Assembly: GCA_040183005.1 (NCBI GenBank)
Contig: JAMPIW010000007.1
Location: forward strand, 983,314-1,047,313
Reading direction: 5' to 3'
Source of the DNA: Gammaproteobacteria bacterium
GTDB lineage: Bacteria > Pseudomonadota > Gammaproteobacteria > Ga0077554 > Ga007554
Length of the DNA stretch: 64,000 nt
Positions within the stretch are counted from its first letter, which is position 1; each line of letters opens with the position of its first letter. The translations under genes were made by a program, and so were the position numbers. The notes under the pieces were generated by a model, which did not search any database, was not told where the DNA came from, and worked only from the letters and a program-made list of their open reading frames with translations. Positions 58,288 to 64,000 of the stretch are shown here, piece by piece.

Positions 58288-58626
58288 GCGGCTGATACCC
58301 GGATTCTCACCTCGGCGCGTGCCTGTGTCGCCGTGCGGCTCCAGGCATTGCCACGTTGCATTCTTGGCATCCGTGCATTCTCACCAAACCATGTCATCAC
58401 CAGTCCGGTCACGGGTTGCAGTATTGTCCGGCAAGGAGAAGAAAAAATATTTGCACTCAAAATCAACGACAAGAAGAACCTCGTCATGGGGTTGCTGCTG
58501 GGTGCTCTCGTCACCGGCATCTCCGGCACCACGCGAAATGGTAGCAGCTAAGTGCATGCAACCGAACAATCTTGATATTCCCGGTGGAACGAACCACTTG
58601 ATTCACGCACTTGAAAGGAATAGTTC

Positions 58627-61035
58627 ATGAACGCCAGCACTGATCCGGTATGCGGCATGAAGGTCGGTATCGATTCACAACATTACGCGGAGCATGCGGG
58701 CGAACGGTATTATTTCTGTTCACAACGCTGCCAGGAAAAATTCTTTGCAAATCCCGCCGGATATGTCAAGCCGGATGTAGCGGCCGCAGCTCAGGCCACC
58801 CAATCAGCCCAAGTTACCGGGTGGTACACCTGTCCGATGCACCCGGAAATCCGCCAACCTGCACCAGGCAATTGTCCGAAGTGCGGCATGGCCTTGGAGC
58901 CTGAATCTCCGGGAGTTCTGGGAACGGTCGAATACACCTGCCCCATGCATCCCGAGGTAGTGCGCAGCAAACCTGGAAACTGCCCAATATGCGGCATGGC
59001 TCTAGAGCCGCGCAACGCCCCGGCGGAAGACAACGCGGAGTTGCGCGACATGACGCGCCGATTTCGGATGAGCGCGGCGCTGGCGTTGCCGGTCTTTTTG
59101 GTGGCGACAGTGTCCGATCTTCTCCCGTCCGCAATACCGGATGCGCTCACGCCAGTGTTGCTGCAATGGCTGGAATTCGTCCTAGCTACGCCAGTGGTAC
59201 TGTGGGGCGGCTGGCCGGTCTTCCAGCGTGGCTGGGCATCCATGGTCAATCGCAGCCTCAATATGTTCAGCCTGATCTCGCTCGGCGTCGGCGTGGCTTG
59301 GAGCTATAGCGTGATAGCGATGCTGCTTCCGGGCATCTTCCCGCCCACGATGCGTAGCATGGGTGACACGGTGCCGGTGTATTTTGAAGCTGCAGCAGTG
59401 ATCATGGCGCTAGTGCTGCTCGGCCAGGTGATGGAACTGCGCGCACGCAGCCAGACCAGCGCCGCGATCAAACTGCTGTTGGGTCTTGCGCCCAAGACTG
59501 CGCGCATCATCCGCGCTAACGGCAGCGAGGAAGACATCCCGCTGGAGCAGGTACAACCGGGCGATGTACTGCGCGTACGTCCCGGCGAGAAGGTGCCGGT
59601 GGATGGCGTGGTGCTGGAAGGCACGAGCGCACTGGATGAATCCATGGTCACCGGCGAATCCATTCCAGTGGAAAAAATCGCCGGCGCGCGCCTGATCGGT
59701 GCCACGGTGAACGGCACCGGCAGCTTGGTGATGCGCGCCGAGCGCGTCGGCTCCGACACGCTTCTCGCGCAGATCGTGCACATGGTGAGCGAGGCGCAGC
59801 GTTCACGCGCGCCGATCCAACGCCTGGCCGATGTCACTGCGGGTTATTTCGTGCCGGCGGTAGTGCTAGTTGCGCTCGCCACGCTGGTGGTGTGGAGCCT
59901 CTGGGGACCGGAGCCGCGCCTGGCACATGCCATCGTCAACGCCGTGGCGGTGCTCATCATCGCCTGCCCTTGCGCGCTGGGACTGGCCACACCGATGTCG
60001 ATCATGGTCGGCACCGGGCGCGGCGCGCTGGTCGGCGTGCTGATCAAGAATGCCGAGGCACTGGAAACCATGGAGAAGGTGGACACGCTTGTGGTGGACA
60101 AGACCGGCACGCTGACTGAAGGCAAACCTAAGCTGATGTCGGTCATGCCGCTCGCCGGATTCGACGAAGGCGAAGTGCTGCGGCTAGGCGCCAGTCTGGA
60201 GCGCGCCAGCGAGCATCCGCTGGCGGCGGCGATCGTGAACGGCGCGCAAGAAAAAGGGTTAACACTCGCGGCAGTCAACGATTTCCGTTCATACCCCGGC
60301 AAGGGCGTGGCGGGAATGGTCGAGGGGCGCGCGGTCGCGCTGGGCAACCTCAAGTTGTTCGAAGAATTGCGCATAGCCGCAGGCGAATTGCCCGTCCGTG
60401 CCGAAGCGCTCCGCGGTGACGGTCAGACAGTGATGTTGCTGGCGATTGACGGCAGAGCGGCGGGACTGATCGGCGTGGCTGATCCGATCAAAGATTCCAC
60501 ACTGGATGCGATCCGCGCCCTCCATGAGGAAGGCGTGCAAGTGATCATGCTCACCGGCGACAACCGCACCACGGCCGAGGCGGTGGCGCGCAAGCTGGGA
60601 ATAGACCGTGTCGAGGCGGAAGTGCTGCCCGAACAGAAGGCATCCATCGTAAAACAACTGCAAGCGCAGGGCCGCTTCGTTGCGATGGCGGGCGACGGCA
60701 TCAACGATGCACCGGCGCTGGCCCAGGCCCAGGTAGGCATCGCCATGGGTACTGGCACCGACGTAGCGATGGAAAGCGCGGGCATTACCCTGGTCAAGGG
60801 TGACCTGCACGGCATCGTGCGCACCGTGCGTTTGAGCCGCGCCACCATGCGCAACATCCGGCAAAACCTGTTTTTTGCCTTCATCTACAACGTGCTCGGC
60901 ATCCCCGTTGCGGCGGGCGTGCTGTACCCGTTCTTCGGACTGCTGCTCTCGCCCATCATCGCGGCGGCGGCGATGAGTTTCAGTTCCGTATCAGTGATTA
61001 CCAATGCACTGCGCCTCAACCGCGTGCGGCTTTAG
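58627..61035 (+). CDS. copA: Cu(I)/Ag(I)-translocating P1B-type ATPase with YHS and two heavy-metal-binding domains
   Basis: DPVCGM...YFCS, two YTCPMHPE...CPxCGM, TGES, CPC, DKTGT, SEHP, GDGIND, YN and MSFSS. Confidence 0.95.
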   Translation: MNASTDPVCGMKVGIDSQHYAEHAGERYYFCSQRCQEKFFANPAGYVKPDVAAAAQATQSAQVTGWYTCPMHPEIRQPAPGNCPKCGMALEPESPGVLGTVEYTCPMHPEVVRSKPGNCPICGMALEPRNAPAEDNAELRDMTRRFRMSAALALPVFLVATVSDLLPSAIPDALTPVLLQWLEFVLATPVVLWGGWPVFQRGWASMVNRSLNMFSLISLGVGVAWSYSVIAMLLPGIFPPTMRSMGDTVPVYFEAAAVIMALVLLGQVMELRARSQTSAAIKLLLGLAPKTARIIRANGSEEDIPLEQVQPGDVLRVRPGEKVPVDGVVLEGTSALDESMVTGESIPVEKIAGARLIGATVNGTGSLVMRAERVGSDTLLAQIVHMVSEAQRSRAPIQRLADVTAGYFVPAVVLVALATLVVWSLWGPEPRLAHAIVNAVAVLIIACPCALGLATPMSIMVGTGRGALVGVLIKNAEALETMEKVDTLVVDKTGTLTEGKPKLMSVMPLAGFDEGEVLRLGASLERASEHPLAAAIVNGAQEKGLTLAAVNDFRSYPGKGVAGMVEGRAVALGNLKLFEELRIAAGELPVRAEALRGDGQTVMLLAIDGRAAGLIGVADPIKDSTLDAIRALHEEGVQVIMLTGDNRTTAEAVARKLGIDRVEAEVLPEQKASIVKQLQAQGRFVAMAGDGINDAPALAQAQVGIAMGTGTDVAMESAGITLVKGDLHGIVRTVRLSRATMRNIRQNLFFAFIYNVLGIPVAAGVLYPFFGLLLSPIIAAAAMSFSSVSVITNALRLNRVRL

Positions 61036-61102
61036 GATGGTGCGTGTTTCCAAGACGCGCACCACGCCGCGAAGACGATAAAACAACAACGAGGTAACAC
61101 CC

Positions 61103-61678
61103 ATGCCCATCATTGCCACTCCTGCGAATTATCGCTTCCCGTGGTATGTGCGCCTGTTCTTCTGGAACCAGCGACGCCGTTACGGTAAGGTGCTCGAACC
61201 GGCCCGGCTGTGGGGCCGTAGCCCCAAGGTATTCGCCGCGCTGGCGCTGCTGTTTGGCGCCCTCGACCGGCGCTCATCGCCCATCGAGTCCACGCTGCGT
61301 TCTTTCATTACGGTGCGTGTTTCGCAGATCAACTGGTGCGCCTTTTGCGTGGACATCAACTCGGCGCTGGCGCTGAAGCGCGGTGGCAATCTGGACAAAC
61401 TGGCCGAGCTGCACCGCTTCGAAACCAGTACGCTGTTCAGCGAGCGCGAGAAGGCGGCGCTCGCCTATGCCGAGGCGATCACCCATTCGGACCGGCAGTC
61501 CACGGCCGAGCATTTCGCGCGCCTGCGCCGCCACTTCGATGACGACGCGATCGTCGAGCTGACCGGGCTCATCGCATTTCAGAACATGTCGAGCAAGTTT
61601 AACGCGGCCCTGGGTGTGGAAGCACAGGGTTTCTGTACGATGGCGCCGCAACCAAAGGGGCCGGGATGCTCTGGATGA
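61103..61678 (+). CDS. Carboxymuconolactone decarboxylase / AhpD-family protein
   Basis: RVSQINWCAFCVD CxxC motif; EREKAALAYAEAIT. Confidence 0.88.
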   Translation: MPIIATPANYRFPWYVRLFFWNQRRRYGKVLEPARLWGRSPKVFAALALLFGALDRRSSPIESTLRSFITVRVSQINWCAFCVDINSALALKRGGNLDKLAELHRFETSTLFSEREKAALAYAEAITHSDRQSTAEHFARLRRHFDDDAIVELTGLIAFQNMSSKFNAALGVEAQGFCTMAPQPKGPGCSG

Positions 61679-61710
61679 TCCTACCCCTCCCGTATTAGCA
61701 GGTGACAGGT

Positions 61711-61735
61711 CAGGTTGCGCGAAGCGCTCCCCTAC
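61711..61735 (-). repeat. GTAG-type REP-like element
   Basis: GTAGGGGAGCGCTTCGCGCAACCTG in the convergent AhpD-ecfT gap. Confidence 0.35.
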
Positions 61736-61783
61736 GCGCCAACTTGGCCCGCATCTTGTGCCACCCGCAAGGGCGCAATGCCT

Positions 61784-62536
61784 TCAGGGTAGATGAGCCA
61801 GCCAAAGCGCCACACCCAGCGCCGCCGGGTACAGCCATTGCCTGACAGCAGGGCGTCCATTCTCAGGGATTTCGACAGCATGGCAGATCTCGTCATCAGC
61901 GCGCACTAATACCTGCTGGTACAGCACCGCAGCGGCATCGCCTATCCGGTCAACAGTCCGGCTCTGTGGTGTGGCAGTGACAGGTTGGGCCGCCCTTGCC
62001 CCCCGGAGGGGAGGCTGCGCGCTGCCCTTCAGGGTACTTGTGCCCTTCAGGGTTAACGCCTGCACCTTGGGCACCGTCTCAAGCACCAGGGCCATGCGCA
62101 CCGCCAATCTGTCATGGGAAACACCCAGCAGCCGTAATGGCCTGGCCAGCCAGTGAATGGCGCTCAACAATTGCTCGCGGGATGTGGTTTGCAACAGGAG
62201 ATTAACCGCCAGCACTAATGCAATCAGAGAAACGATACGTATCGCCCCCTCCTCCATTCCTTCGAGGGTGGGCAGCCAGACGGACAATGCGGGCGATAAT
62301 AAGAGAGGCGGTTCGCCGGGGGTGAACCAGAAGTAAATGATCACCAGGGAAAGAAACAGCCAGCGCATACGCCGCAGCATTAACATAGCTGGCTTAAGAT
62401 GAACGCCACCAGCCATGCCATAGAGAATCACGAGGACCGTAGCGGCCATCAGCAGGGGATTCAAATCACCGAGTGAAAGAAACCCTGCCATGACAATAAA
62501 ACTCACAACGCGGATGACTGGATGGATTGCCATCAT
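61784..62536 (-). CDS. EcfT/CbiQ-like membrane protein
   Basis: LRRMRWLFLSL...YFWFTPGEP...TTSREQLLSAI...RLAVRMALVLE; directly downstream of fimV. Confidence 0.78.
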   Translation of the reverse strand: MMAIHPVIRVVSFIVMAGFLSLGDLNPLLMAATVLVILYGMAGGVHLKPAMLMLRRMRWLFLSLVIIYFWFTPGEPPLLLSPALSVWLPTLEGMEEGAIRIVSLIALVLAVNLLLQTTSREQLLSAIHWLARPLRLLGVSHDRLAVRMALVLETVPKVQALTLKGTSTLKGSAQPPLRGARAAQPVTATPQSRTVDRIGDAAAVLYQQVLVRADDEICHAVEIPENGRPAVRQWLYPAALGVALWLAHLP

Positions 62537-62542
62537 TGCCGA

Positions 62543-64000
62543 TCAAGCAATCTGTTGCATTAGCTCCTGAGCTTCCTGCTTTTGCGAATCATCTCCTTCA
62601 TCCAGCACTTCGTTCAGCAGCACTCTCGCGCCTTCCTGATCTTCCATGTCGATATATGCCTTGGCGAGATCCAGCTTGGTGCCTACCATGTCGATCCCGG
62701 CAAACAGGTCATCATCAGCTTCTTGCGTCGGCACATCCTCGGGGGCGGTGCCGTCAAAAGCAGATAACGCGGCCTCCAGATCCCAATCATCGGCGGGCTC
62801 TTTGGAAACCACCGCCTCCGCTGCTTCACCGGTTTCCTGGGCCAGAAGGCCAAAGTCATGATCGACCGAGCTGTTGCCTTCAAGATTAAAGGCGAGATCC
62901 GATGCGGTTTCCAGGATAGACGCTGGTTCTTCAGCGGTAGCGAGCTGTATAGCTTCAAGCTCAGCGTCAAGGTTTTCTTCCATCCCCATGCTTGTAATGG
63001 TATTACTCGCTTCGCTCGTATCCTGCTCATCAAGCAGGAATACACTCGAAGCGTTTTCCGCCACCTCCTGAACATCGTCAACCACGGAATTGCTGTTGAC
63101 CTCTTGGCTCAGGTTGTTGATCGCCCCGCTCAGGCTAAGATCGAAGTCCAGGGAGTTATCCAGCAGCGCGTCAGCAGGCAGGTGCTCTTCCATCTGACTC
63201 GGCGCCGCATCAACACTTGCCTGCTCACTAAATCCAAAATCAAAATCGATGGAATTATCGGCACTGGCGGGTTGCACCGCAGCCTCCAGAACTGCGTCCT
63301 GCCCGGCGGGCATGCCTAGCTCTAACTCAGAAAAATCCATCTCGCCGGCAGCGGAACTATCGTATGACCCTTCGGCTTGCGCGTCGGGCAGCGAAAAATC
63401 GCTTAGATGCTGAGCCGAAGCATTTTGATCTGGATAGAACGCATCCGCGCCAGCTATGGCAGCCGCGCCGACACCAGCGATTCCGGCAATCACTGCCCCA
63501 TCCGGCATATCCTCGGGCGCTGCTTTACCAAACAAAGGATGCCCGGGGCAGACCTGTTTACCCATTTCCACCACTTTGTGCCACAGGGGATGACCCTCGC
63601 CACCCAGAGTGGCATACAGTGTCTCGGCCTGCGTCTCAAAGGCATCGGCATTTTTGGTCGCGTGATAAATCTCCAGCAGCTTCAGCGCAAGTTCATGCCT
63701 ACCGGGGTCTTGACGCATGGCCTCTTTGATTAACGATTCGGCCTGATCGTACCGCCTGTAGGCCAAGTACACATCAGCCTCGGCAAGGGGATCAATCACG
63801 TCCTCATCAGCATGGATGACATGGGCATCACCCAGACCCATGGCCGCTTCCGGTACTGCTTTATCATCACCTTCGACGCTCGCGGGAGCAATTGCCGGGG
63901 TAGACGCACTTGCCGCTCTAGAGGCGAACTTATCACGTCCTTGTGGTGCAAAAGCCCCTTCCTGGATATCTATCGCGGCTTGCCGACGCCGACGCACAAG
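62543..64000 (-). CDS. fimV: FimV family protein, C-terminal part (5' end outside the window)
   Basis: DPLAEADVYLAYRRYDQAE TPR, acidic region, TKLDLAKAYIDMEDQEGARVLLNEVLDEG C-terminal domain. Confidence 0.93.
   Translation of the reverse strand, partial: LVRRRRQAAIDIQEGAFAPQGRDKFASRAASASTPAIAPASVEGDDKAVPEAAMGLGDAHVIHADEDVIDPLAEADVYLAYRRYDQAESLIKEAMRQDPGRHELALKLLEIYHATKNADAFETQAETLYATLGGEGHPLWHKVVEMGKQVCPGHPLFGKAAPEDMPDGAVIAGIAGVGAAAIAGADAFYPDQNASAQHLSDFSLPDAQAEGSYDSSAAGEMDFSELELGMPAGQDAVLEAAVQPASADNSIDFDFGFSEQASVDAAPSQMEEHLPADALLDNSLDFDLSLSGAINNLSQEVNSNSVVDDVQEVAENASSVFLLDEQDTSEASNTITSMGMEENLDAELEAIQLATAEEPASILETASDLAFNLEGNSSVDHDFGLLAQETGEAAEAVVSKEPADDWDLEAALSAFDGTAPEDVPTQEADDDLFAGIDMVGTKLDLAKAYIDMEDQEGARVLLNEVLDEGDDSQKQEAQELMQQIA

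Noticed and set aside
58333-58551. Possible remnant of a CusB-like exported protein (INDKKNLVMGLLLGALVTGISG)
   Set aside because: Only a short hydrophobic stretch with no clear start or further homology; cannot be supported.
58565-58610. CueR-type operator upstream of copA (TTCC-CGGT-GGAA)
   Set aside because: Half-site spacing and flanks do not match the ACCTTCC-N7-GGAAGGT consensus.

Overview
The window has three parts. (1) 1-30.4 kb is a co-oriented, minus-strand cluster of immunity/cell-death-type genes. In order of transcription: TIR-NB-ARC-TPR, metacaspase (C14), a 1888-aa lipase/pseudolipase-CHAT-TPR protein, DUF4062-NB-ARC-TPR (frameshifted), deoxyribohydrolase-like/TPR-S/SLOG protein, DUF4062-TPR, TIR-3TM, a patatin/TPR deletion scar, a GH13 glycosidase, TIR-nSTAND1-TM-WD40x14 (split by an IS66 and an IS3-like element, plus a +1 frameshift; rejoins in silico to 1422 aa), patatin, and a TIR gene cut by the window edge. 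(2) 30.7-55.7 kb looks like ordinary chromosome: DUF5666/DUF6502, ettA, a Na/Ca antiporter, and a Pseudomonas-type polar flagellar/chemotaxis operon (fliL to DUF2802) with a sigma54 promoter, which suggests a gammaproteobacterium. (3) 55.8-64 kb holds an IS30 nested in an IS5, a copper cassette (His/Cys-rich protein, copA, AhpD-like), an ecfT-like gene and the 3' part of fimV. The best candidate for an undescribed system is the NLR + metacaspase + lipase-CHAT module and the wider TIR/NLR/patatin island. Domain names come from motifs recognised by eye; no database search was run, so novelty is not established.
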